Below are positions 36,704-48,286 of a stretch of 64,000 nt of DNA, one piece after another (positions within the stretch are counted from its first letter, which is position 1; every line of letters starts with the position of its first letter). The DNA comes from Lama guanicoe. Lineage: Eukaryota. The translations under genes and the position numbers were made by a program. The stretch is from the NCBI GenBank assembly GCA_013239625.1, contig MU053652.1, forward strand, positions 8,145,027 through 8,209,026, read 5' to 3'. Below the pieces are notes generated by a model. That model made no database searches. It was not told where the DNA came from and worked only from the letters and a program-made list of their open reading frames with translations.

Positions 36704-37999
36704 CTATGGGGTAATTCTCTGGCTTTTATATGCCCCAGTGCATTTAGCAAAAGGCAGAGACTTGAAGAGAACTTTCACTAAACCAGAAAAATTATGTATT
36801 ATGCATCTGTTCTAGTAAACCTTCTTCATCCTCATCAACATGCCTTTTCATACTCAAAAGCTTTAAAGTGCAGCAAAATAGAACAGAACATGGTGAAATT
36901 CATTAGCGGTGTTTTAATTTCACTTTTATGTGTGCTTATCTATATAACTTAAATGATTACATCATTAAGATGATTATTGCAACAGTAGCTGCTTGTTTTA
37001 TGTTTCAGCAAAGTTACGAAGCCCTGCTGGCTTCCCACTTCCCAGTCTGGATTCCCTAATGTCCTTCTTTGTGTCTCACATTGTGAATACAGTTAGAGAC
37101 TCTATGTGCTGGCACTCCAGTTAAGTAAGCAGCCAGGAAAGCCAACTTTTTAGGCCAAGGAGGGGCATCCGGGTCCTGCTTCACATTTATGTGGAATATA
37201 CATCTTTTTCTCAGCAAGGCCTCAAGAAAAACAAGCCTGGGTTCCGAGGTCAGGGAGACAGAGGAAGGGAGAGTGTTGGGTGAGGGCTCTGGAGGAGCAA
37301 AAGACGGGGTGGTCAATGGGGAGAAGTTCTTCGGGAAGGAGAAAGGCAGAGCCCTCAGTGCAGCCGGGGAGCAGCTGTTTGAGTGGTGCTTGTTTGTCAG
37401 GCTGACTCGGATTCCAAGCTTTTTTCTCTTTCTCATGTTAATTTTACTTGCCATGTCATCATTCTAATTTTAATCCCCCTCTCCTGTTTTTCTCTTTGGA
37501 ACTGATCACTTTTTGCTACATGTATCTCCAAGAGATTTCCCTGCAGTTATTGTGGGAGACAGTGATTGGGAAGGGAGGATGGGCAGGGGATTTCACAAGT
37601 TAGTCATTCAATCAGACTTCTGGGATATTTTTATCTTTAGCATAATTTATTCTGTTTAGAAGCAAATGCCTCCTTTTTAAAATTTTGTTATTTTTATTTT
37701 TTTTCAGGCTCAAGTTTGAAGTGAAATTCTGTAGAGCTCCCCTCTTGCAAGTGTCATCAGTATAGCAAAAGCATTTCCTGCTGAATCTAAAAGCCACAGT
37801 TTCTTCCCCAAGGGGCAGTGCTAGGCAAAATTCAGAACCTGGAAAAAATTGATTGGGGCTCCCTTTTATCCTCCCATATATTCATCCATTCTGGTGGCAC
37901 TTCTCTGACCTCAAACACAAGGGCCCAATTCCCTCATACCACATCCTTTTTCCCACCAGGGTGCTCTCTTCAGGTCTTCACCCTTTTCTCCTACTTGTC

Positions 38000-38750
38000 A
38001 ATTCATTTGTTCATTCAATTATGTATTAATTTATTTTGCAAGTAATTATTGAGTATCTACTGTGTACTTGTGTGTTCTAGGTGCTGAGGTACAGCACAGT
38101 GGTGAATAAAGCAATGTCCTTGTCTCTTTGTGTGTAGGGTGGGGGTAGGGGAGACAAACAATGTATAAGTAATACAATGTCAATATATATGTATATAACG
38201 TATAAGTGTATAAGTACGTATAAGTGTAAGTACAGTCATCCCTCAGTATCCAGGACCCTTGTGGATACCCAAATCCACAGATACTCAAGTCCCTTATGCA
38301 AAATGGCTAATACAGTCAGCCCTCCGGAACCCATGGAATGGAAGTATATTTACTTTTAAATACAAAAGTATAAATATGTAATGTCGGCTAGAGATAAATG
38401 TCGTTAAGAAAAGTTAATCAAGGTTAGAAGGGAGAAGCTCTATTAGTAACACTGGTCAGGAAAGTTTTCTTTGATGAGGTGATATTTGAGCGGCAACCTA
38501 TTTGAAGCAAAGGAGTAATCCAGGTGGATACCTGGAGGTGGAGAGTTCTGGGCACAGGGGACAATAAGACCACACTGAGGCTGGAACAGCGAGAAAGCCA
38601 CTGTGGGAGGAGATGATGTCCAAGTGGTAGGCAGGGTCTGGTTCACATAGGGCCTTGTAAAGACACTGGGATTCCTTTTGGTGTAAAGGGAGGCCACTGG
38701 AGGGCTTGAGATCCAGAAAAGTAACAAGGTGAAACTTATATTGTGAAACT
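38000..38750 (-). mobile_element. L2 LINE fragment interrupted by a small Tigger-family MITE
   Basis: cattcatttgttcattcaa...ttattgagtatctactgtgt...gttctaggtgctgagg, then gaggtgatatttgagc...ggcctt...gccactggaggg. Confidence 0.7.
38233..38340 (+). mobile_element. MER2/MER8-type TcMar-Tigger MITE fragment
   Basis: ta-CAGTCATCCCTCAGTATCC...ggatacccaaatccacagatactcaagtcccttat. Confidence 0.7.
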
Positions 38751-39714
38751 GTTCAATAGTACTTCTCAAACCTACCAATTTTTTTTTCACTGATCTGTAA
38801 CTTTGCATATACTATTTCTTCTGCCCTCTAATGTTCTCACTCACCCGCCTCAATGCCTCTGTTGTATTCTGTACACACATCTGTTATACCTCTTTACAGT
38901 GTACTCTAATTATTTATTAGGAGATTATCTCAATTGTGAAGAAAGCCATGGGTGTTCGTGTCCTATCCACAGAAGTTAAAACAATGCGTGTCTCCCATTC
39001 CTTATCCGACTGTTGAGTGGATGAATGAATGATGTTGTGTTTTGGCCTCCTGTTTCACTATGAAGTAAAGTTTCACATGAGAAAATCTCTTTAACTCTGA
39101 AGATTGGCTTAATGGTATACCGCATGAACTTGGCTTTTATTTATTTTTCTAGTAAGCAGAGTTTAAAAGCTAGCTAGAGTCAATAGCCTACTTTACGGTG
39201 TATTATTCTCTAAGAAAACCATTTTTTCCTTGACACTATGTACAATTTTTAATGGGCATTTTTTACTTGTATTATCCAGAGCTGTTAAGATACAAGCCTG
39301 TTTTAATGGTATCATTCCTACTTCATTATTTTCTTCTTAAAAACCTCTAAGAGTGCCAGGTGCTGTCTGCTAGTACTCAACCACAACCCCTCTCTTCCAT
39401 GTGTGCTTCTGTTTCCAGAAAGACTGGAACCACTGTCTTTGATTCCTTTGAGGGCTGGGTTTCAGACAGGTGTAGGAGGAACGTAAGAAAAATTAGAAGG
39501 TGGGAGGAAGGGAAGCAGGCAGTGTTCCGCTACAGGCTCTGAAATTCAGAAAGACATAGTGAGGAGGATTTACTTCAGAAGAGTGGAAAAGTCTGCTGAA
39601 ATGTGGAGACTTTCTCCTAGCGTATGAATCATCTGTAACCTATAAATCCACAGTTTAGCAGTTCTAATGTTAACAATTACAATTCTAAGTAGGAAGACAA
39701 AAGAGCAGGTTCAT

Positions 39715-40808
39715 ATTAGAGTGGAACATTTACACGTTCACGGAGCGCAGCGTGATGGTTTGATTTACATATATTGTGCAAGGACTACCACAGGAGGTTC
39801 AGCTAACATCCACCTTCTCTTGTGGATACATTCAAAAGAAAAGAACAAAGGAAAATATTCTCCTTGTGATGAAGACTCTCAGGATTTACTCTCTTAACAA
39901 CTTTCCTATGTGTAATACAGTGGTGTTAACTATAGTCATCATGTTGTAAATTACATTCCTAGTATTTATTTATCTTGTAACTGGAAATTTGTACCTTTTG
40001 ACCACGGTTACCTATTGCTCTCAACTTTTACTTCCTGCCTCTGGCAACCAGCAGTCTGTTCTTGCTATCTGTGAGTTCAGGGTTGTTTTTGGGTTCCACA
40101 TATAATTGGAATCATATGGTACTTGTTTTTCTCTGACTTATTTCACTTAGCATAACGCCCTCAAGAACAAACCATGTTGTTGCAAATGGTAAGATTTCCT
40201 TCTTTTTATGGGTGAATAATATTCCATTGCATAGATATATACCACATCTTTATCCATTCATCCATCGATAGACACTTAGGTTACTTCCATGTCTTGGCTA
40301 TTATAAAATAAAGCTTCAGTGAACATGGGGTTGCATATATCTTTCTGAAATAGTGTTTTTGTTTCTTTCAAATAAATACCCAGAAGTGGAATTGATGGGT
40401 CATATGGTAGTTCTACTTTTAATTTTTTGAGGAACCTCCATAATGTTTTTTATAGTGATTACACCAATTTACATCCCCACCCACAGTGAACAAGGATTCC
40501 CTTCTCTCCACATTTTCACCGACACTAGTTATTTCTTGTCATTCTAACAGGTGTGAGGTGCTATCTCATTGTGATTTTAATTTGCATTTCCCTGATGATT
40601 AGTGATGTTGGCCATCTGTTCATGTACCTGTTAGCCATCCATATGTCTTCTCTGGGAAAATGTCTATTTGAATCTTCTGCCTATTTTTTAATCAGATTAT
40701 TTGGTCTTTTTGCTATTGAGTTGTATGAGTTTATATATTTTGGATATTAACCCCTTATCAAATATATGATTTGCACATATTTTCTCCCATTCAATAGGTT
40801 GCCTTTTC
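39715..40808 (-). mobile_element. L1MA9-like 3' end
   Basis: ccttgtgatgaagactctcaggatttactctcttaacaacttt...; aattttttgaggaacctccata; ctaacaggtgtgaggtg. An older L1 ORF2 piece follows to ~41130. Confidence 0.85.
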
Positions 40809-43132
40809 AACTGAGGTTTTAAAACGGAGTTTGAATTTTATCAAATTATCTTCACAAATCATATGATTTTTCTCCTTCTTATAATATGATGAATATGTTA
40901 CTGGATTCCCAACACTAAATCACCTTACATTCCTGTAGTATACTCAAGTTGGTCATGATATATTTTTAATGTGTTTTCCAAGTGTCCCTGCTAGTCATTT
41001 AAGATTTCTGTGCCAGTTTTCTAAAAGATGTCTGTAATTTTTGTCCAATTTTTAATATATTTTGACATAAGTGTTAACCTGCTTCGTAAAAATAAGTTTT
41101 TCTTTTTTTTCTAGGATTTAGAATAATTTTAATTAACTATGTAGACATAGGTTTTTCATGACCCTGCAAATAACTTACCCAGGTCCAAAAGTCAGCAGTT
41201 CACCAGTTAGAAATTCCAAGAGGAGCTTTTCAGATGTCAGATTGATAGCTCAGAGAGGCTAGATGGTTGGCATAAGATCATAAAGGACGGTGGTGCTGTC
41301 TTATGGCTGCTTTGCTGTAATAAAGCAAACTTAAGAACAAGACAGGTTAAATGAAACCAGATTTCTTTTTTTTTCCAGTGCATTTTTAAAAGACAATAAA
41401 TAAGCCCAGTTGATTTCTGATAGAAATTATTGACAAAACAGTTAACGACACCCAACGGCATACAAATCACGCATGGCGCTCAGAGTGGAGCTGCCAGTGT
41501 GTGCAAAATGCTGAACACTTTATTTTGTATGTGTTGTACTGATTTGTATGATCTTCAAACACAGATATGACCACAGCTAGACAGAGTCTACTGAGAGATT
41601 TATGTTGTAAACAACGGACACTTCTTATGTCTTGCAGACATTCTTGCTTCTTGGATTCCATCCTGGGCAAACTGGGTTAATGATGAGAACCAGTCTTGGC
41701 TCTGCTCCTTTTTCACTTTTCCAGTGCTATCTTGCTCCTCACTCTTCTTTCCATATGTCCCGGCAAATGCTGTAATTGGGTTGATGGCGATGTGCATGTG
41801 ATATCTTGCCTAAAATGAAAGCCTAAAATACATTCTGAAAAAAAAGTCACAGTAACAACACTTTGGGCATAGCGAAGGGGACAGATGTTGCTAGGAGGAG
41901 GGCCATACTTTTTTCATAGCTACAGAGCACCTTTCTCTGGGGCCAACATTATGTTCCTCCCCAACACACCATGTGTCAGTGACTCCAAATGCTACTTCTG
42001 TGACGGAATAACAGAAGCGCTGGTCCTCGAGGCTGTGATCACTCTTGCTGTAATTGCTCTTGTTATGGTACACTCAGCGCCATCGACAATATTCTTCTTC
42101 CTGATGGGAAAGAGCTTTCACGGGCACGTAGAGGTTCTGCTCTGTGCTGCTGCCAGAGTCTCATGTTTATATGCCAAGTCCCCAGTCTCTGACCCCACGA
42201 TAGCTGGGCTGAACGGAGAAGGGCCTGGGCGATGTAGGTCCTGACTTGGCCCTGACACCAAACCTCTGAGTTGGGTCAGTGTCCATTGTTGCTGCTTTTC
42301 TCCAGGGTGAACAGGGCGCTTCTTATTAATTCAGAATCATTTTCCCAGTCACTAATTTTCTTGCAGGGAATAAATTCCTTTTTTTTCCCTGCTTATTTCC
42401 CATATATTTTTAGTTTTTAAAGAAAAGCTGATCTATACATACTGTGATTCAGACTCCCTCCATTTGGCTGCACGCACTGGGGATCCCTATATAACGCACC
42501 CTGGAGAGATCTACGTCACAGGACAAGGCTCGCTGCCCTCAGGGTCTGCTCCTTGAGGCTGAGACCAGTAGCTAGTCCACTAAGTAAAGGAGAGTCCTCT
42601 GGGAATTCCATAATACAGTCTGCTGGGAGCTTTGGGACTTACAGAACAGATCCATTTGAGCAAGCCCACTCCCCTGAACCTTTGATCCCTTTTCATACCT
42701 GACAGAACATTTCTGGGACTGTGACCCATTTAGTGGGAGCTAACACTTTCCCAAGTGTCTAAGAGCCTTCCCAGCAGTGCTGCAGGACTGGGGCTCTTGC
42801 CAGGACGTTAGATCTTGTCTCACAGGAGAGTGCCCCCGTATTGATAAACTCTGCCTTTTCCAGCCTTCCGTTTTTGCCACCCTTCATGCAGCCCCATCAG
42901 CATCTCTCCGGGCATGCTTTCCTGGCTCCAACTGGTAGAGCCTGGGGCCTCTGACTCCTTCAGCGTAAACTCTGAGGATGAGGATGAGCTGTGGAAGAAT
43001 CCAGTCCCTGGCAGTTTCAGGAAGAGCCTAGCGCCATCATCATGACGCAGTGGGGGAATTCTGGAATGCAAATCGTACCACAGATGCTGTCCTGCCTTGA
43101 GACAGGGAGTGGAGCTTTTAGACTCCCGTCCA

Positions 43133-43848
43133 ATCAGACTCCACAGGTTAGATTCAGGCCTACACGACTGCCCGTAGCACCCCGCCTCCCCCCAACTTCA
43201 AATGCAGGTCTTGAAAGCCCAGGTTGTCACCTGTGCTTCTGACTGACTGGCTATAAATCAGCCATTCCCACGACCCGCAGCTTGGGTTCCATTAATTTGC
43301 TAGAACGGCTCACAGATTCAGGAAGCCCATTTTCTCACTAGATTACCAGTTTATTGCAAAATATATTAAAGGATACAAATCAACAGCCAGATGAAGAGAT
43401 ACACAGGACTAGGTATGTGGGAAGGGGCATAGAGACTCCATGCCCTCTTGAGGTGCACCAGTCTCCCAGCATCTCCATGTGTTCAATAACTTAGAATCAT
43501 TCTAAATCCTCTCCTTGTGGGTTTTTATAATGGTTTCCCTACATAGGCACAATTGATTAAATAATTGGCCGTTGGTGATTGATTTAATCTCCAGCTCCTC
43601 CCCTCTCCCTGGAGGTGGAGTGGGAGATGGGGCCGGGGGTGGGGGAGGGACAACCAAAAGTCCCAACCTTTTAATCACATTCTAGGTTCTACTGGCAACC
43701 AACTCCCATCCTAAGACACTTTCCCAAGGTCACCTCATTAACATAAGAAAAGACACATTTATGCTCTCACCACTTAGGAAATTCCATGTGTTTTAAGAGC
43801 TATGTACCAGAAACAGGGATGAAGATCAAATATACATTTTTAAAATAT
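43133..43848 (-). mobile_element. ERV1 (MER4-group, MER34/MER39-like) LTR
   Basis: cccaggttgtcacctgtgcttctgactgactggctataaatc...cagccagatgaagagatacacagg...ggaaattcca...gaagatcaaatata. Confidence 0.75.
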
Positions 43849-44008
43849 TGTCAAAAAGCAAATTCTGGACAGCAAGTAAAACAAAGCTGAAAGATGATTT
43901 CGTTGCAAGGTTTCAATCTGCAAGCTAGGAAACTCAAGGCAATGGAGGCAATGAGTTTTGAGTCACTCACAGATTAAGGGTTTTTTTGTGGTAAATACAA
44001 AGGTCATT
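43849..44008 (-). mobile_element. Partial ERV1-type LTR, same family as 55741-56167
   Basis: TGTCAAAAAGCAAATTCTGGACAGCAAGTAAAACAAAGCTG... aligns by eye with TGTGAAAAACCAAACTCTGCACACCAAGTAAAATAAAGCTG... over ~160 bp. Confidence 0.75.
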
Positions 44009-47000
44009 AGATTTAGGAATCATCAAAAATATATGGAAACAAGGAAACAGGAACTGCAGGTAAGGAAAGAGGGCTAAGTGCAGAATCCTGAAGAGCATAA
44101 CAAAGGCTTGAAAGCAGGGTAGAAGAATTGGGAACAAAGAGGAAATCTAAACTCTGTTTTGATCTCTTTATGAATTAGAACACCAATATTAAATGTATCT
44201 GTCTTCCTAATGACAGCTTTTGCATTTTCATTACCAACTGGGAAAAAATTAATTTTTCAGACCTTTTTTTTTTTTTCCATATCTGGAAGTTTTATTTGTG
44301 ACCTCAGCTGTTCTCACATCTACACTTAGAATCAGCATATTGAAGTGCTCAGTTTTAGAGGCTGCAGTGCAATGGATAAGGGCATATGTGCCTAGTTAGA
44401 ACTCAGGTTTCAAACCCCAGTTTTGCTACTTACCTAACTGGGTGCCAGGGAAAGTTACTTCAGTTTATTGCATGATGTTTTTTTGCAACTTCAACACAGA
44501 GATGCAAAATGCTACATGAAACACTAGGCATTAAGTCTGGTGCTTTGTAAGCATTCAGTGTAATTCTTGATGTTGTTATTCTTACTACAGGGAAATATAA
44601 TATTCAGAATAAGCCATTAATTCTTTTCACTTCTTGAATAGAATTTCCATGGAGTTAAGTGAATTTTAAATCTAGTCTCTATCATTTAGAAAAGGATGGC
44701 CAATACAGTGTGCATTTCAATTTGTACAATGACATTTAAGAATCATTCTGTCTCTGAGTACATATCTACAAAAATTTTGAAGGAAATGTTTTCTATAAAA
44801 TTTCTCTCTAAAAGTTCATAGTGTATTGTAGAAAAAAGGATGCATCAGAAATACACTGAAATATATTGTGAGATAATGAATGCTTCAATATAGCGCTTTT
44901 CTTTTTCTATTACTGGGCATTTTCAAAAAAGGTTGTGGCTAATTATTATGTCTATAGAGAAATTCTGAGAACCATAGTTATAGCATTAACTAGAAGTGTT
45001 CTATTATCTGCCACAGTAAATCTTCAACTTTGGGAATAGCTAAATGTGTATAATTGCTAGTTTATTTGCAGTTCATTAAGGAAACATTAACCTTCATTTC
45101 ATAAAGGACATACAACAAAGCATGAGTAGAACGTGTCTCTGACCAGCTTTCATGCAGAATTCCTACAATACATTTTATTTTATTAATATATGGTAGGTGT
45201 TTTTTGGTTTGTTTTGTTTTTATAATTTTGTAGTTTGAAAAGACCATTTTTTAAAATAACCAGAGTTGTCCTTCTAATCTGGGTGATGATTTTGTCTTTT
45301 TAAAATGATACTGACAGCTCATGCAGCAAAGGCAAGAAATTTCAAAAGACATTTAGTAACATTTAAATTAATCATTTCTCTTTAGTATGCTATAGTCCAG
45401 TGGGTTTTAAAAATAATAATTTTAGACTTGAATTGTAAAAATTATGCTTGACTGACAAATGAAATCTCACTTAAGCTTGTGATTGATGGAAAATAACACA
45501 CATTAGAATTTCATTCTGAAGTAATTCTTCTTCGCAATTTTTAGCCAAACTCAACTTCCAGCATGGTTTTTTAGGTTACATAACACGAACTGTGAAAGTG
45601 ACCCTCTCTTCCCAAGACACGTAATTCCAAATATTCAAAGTCCCTAAAATTTTTATTTGTTTTATTTCTACCAAAGCAAGGACTTCAGGTTTGCCAAAAT
45701 AAGACCAGTCTTACTTCTGGGTGAATGAAGGCAAAGACATTAATTCTGAAAGTTGAAAAATTTACTATGACTTAATATAAGGAATTCTTTAGAGTTGATG
45801 CCTTCACATAGATCTAATGGATCACATACTCACAGGACTATTTGTACTAAGGAGAACTGATGCTTGGCTCAACAGCTCCATTCCAAGATTGTTGACATAC
45901 CGGTTGACATTTGAAAGAATCAACTTGCTATTTCGTGTTGGTTCATGGGTAAAGTAAAACATTTGGTGTAGCTGCCATTCAGTGCACATCTTTAGGCTTA
46001 ATGGTTGAGGGACCAGTAGACTTTTGGCTCTTCAGCCAAAAATCACCAGTGTTTTGGCAGAGAGAACACTCGTCTGGCTACTAACGCCCCGAATGGGCAT
46101 CTATTGGTGAGCATACATGAAGGCTCCAGCTTACGTGTGTCTTTAACTCAGTCTCTCCTCACTCACGTTGGTAACTTCTCTAGGCCACTGATAGAACATC
46201 ATTGCAGAGGTCTGCATGCCTCCCACTGCTTGCTGGGGATTGGAAGCTGAATCTCTATCAGCCTGAGTAGCGTATATGACCTCGTAACTGGAGCTTTAGC
46301 TATTTAATGTAAGTGTTGTGAGAACAAAATAGGTGAGAATGTCAAGAAGTAGGATGAGGAACAAGCATACGAAATGCTTGTAGAGGAGAGACTCAGAGGA
46401 AGGTTTAACATTTCCTCGCTTTCCGTATCTCGAGCTTGTATACATTAATAATACATATTTGTTGAGTTCCTTCTAATAATGCCAGGTACTTGCACTATTT
46501 TATGCCCCTTGAAAACCCTGTGAAATAGAGAATATTATTATCTTATTCAATTGGTGAGGAATCTGACACTTAGGAGGTTAAGTGAATTGCCAAGGTGACA
46601 CGGCTAGTAAGTAATGAAACCATACTTGCTCCCACCCACTCACTCCAGAGGTCAGCTTTGATGCTGCAAACCTAGATTATGTGATGAGAAGGGCACCCCT
46701 GGGCTGTGTAAATGGCAGCCCTTCCACTCTGCTCTATTGCCCTGGGCGAAGGGAAGGGTGGACTTAACCTTAAGGCTCATTGTGTTCTCTGTTGCATGAC
46801 CTTGAACCGTAAGTAGTCTCATTATTGATGCTCTAAGGCCCTTAAGGAAAGGGAAGGGAAGATCGTTTCACACTTTTGTTGCTCCTGTTTAGTGCAAGTC
46901 TGGGTTTTATAGGGCACTGCCAGGTTGATTTATATTCTTTCCTGCAATAAAAAAAAAAAAGGAAGAAAAATGTTATTTAAAAAGGAAAGATCCTTAAAGT

Positions 47001-47823
47001 CTGTGGGAAATGAATAGGATTTAAAAAGGTTAAATTTTTCCTCTTTTGACATTTTCTGTTATGCTGACATTTTCTGTAGTGTTTGGTTGGGGATGAGACC
47101 TTTTCTGTTTTGCTTTGTTTGTATTTATCTTAAACAAATCAAGCTCTTTGTTTTAAAACTATTTCTATTGTTTTTCCTTTTCTGCTTTGTAAGGAGCATG
47201 TCTCCCCAAGAAAACACTAAATCGCTTTTATTTGGTTCAAGTTTAAAACACAGTTGTTGAAACGATTTATGCTGGTTTTCTTTGTTTAAAAAATTTACAT
47301 TGGAAATATATGTATCCCAGAAGAGAAAAGAAGGAATCCCTCGTTTAAAGGATGTTAAGTATTTAAATTCTGAAAAAAAAAAAACAAACCCCACAATTAT
47401 ATGAACACTAAAGTTATGTTTATGCAACATAGGCAGTTGTTTTTAAATTTTGATAGGCAGGATGGATCATTTAGGCCAAAACTCTCCTTTAGTATTTAAA
47501 AAAAAAAATCAGCATAACATTTCACCAAAGAGCACAAGTGAAGGTGTCCCGACTCAGACTGCAAGGCTTGCCCGCCACATTTCAGTGAGGCCCTGTGTTG
47601 TAAGTTGATTCCTGTGAGGACCAGTTTGTGCATAATGGCTTGACTACACGGTTTTTCAGAGCATTATAGAATTTCAAGAATTGAAGGGACTCTTAGTTGG
47701 TTTTGGCCTCCCCATCAAGTAAAACACACTCTTTCTGTTCTTTCTTTTAAACATGGCATTCTACATATTATAACAGAGAAAATCTCCCACATGGTCTTCC
47801 CCTTGCATAAAGCCATCGGCCCC

Positions 47824-48286
47824 TATTTTTGTTTCCTGGGCCTGCCATAGTAAAGTACCGCAAACAGGGCGGCTTCAAACAACCAAAACGTATTCTGTCA
47901 CAGTTCAGGAAGCAAGAAGTCCAAAGTCAAGATGTCAGCATGGTTGGATCCTTCCGGAGGCTCTGAGAGACTGTCTGTTCACTCCTCGTTGCTTCTGGAG
48001 GTTGCCGCAGGCCTCGGTGTTCCCTGCCTTGTAGATGCCTAACTTCCACCTCTGCCTCTGTTTTCACAGGCCTTTCTCACCTGTGTGTGCTTTGTCCCAG
48101 TTTTTCCTCTTCTTACAAGGACACCCGTCATTGGATTAGGACATGATAATCTAATATTTCCTCATTTTAATTTGATCACATCTGCAAAGATAGCATTTCC
48201 AAATAAAGTCACATTCACAGATACTGGCATTCAGATATCAACATATCCTTTTGGGGGTGGCGGGTGGTGGCAAATTTCACCCTACA
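47824..48286 (-). mobile_element. ERVL-MaLR LTR (MLT1B/C-like)
   Basis: ctgccatagtaaagtaccgcaaac...tctgtcacagttc...aagtccaaagtcaagatgtcagca...tttccaaataaagtcacattcacagatact. Confidence 0.85.

Noticed and set aside
37056..37467. Overlapping 132-aa (minus) and 92-aa (plus) ORFs
   Set aside because: Purine/pyrimidine-biased low-complexity sequence with no recognisable protein motif or exon structure.
47047..47077. Short direct repeat TGACATTTTCTGT x2 (similar pairs at ~57596-57650 and 57892-57921)
   Set aside because: Ordinary two-copy micro-duplications, with no array or spacer structure.
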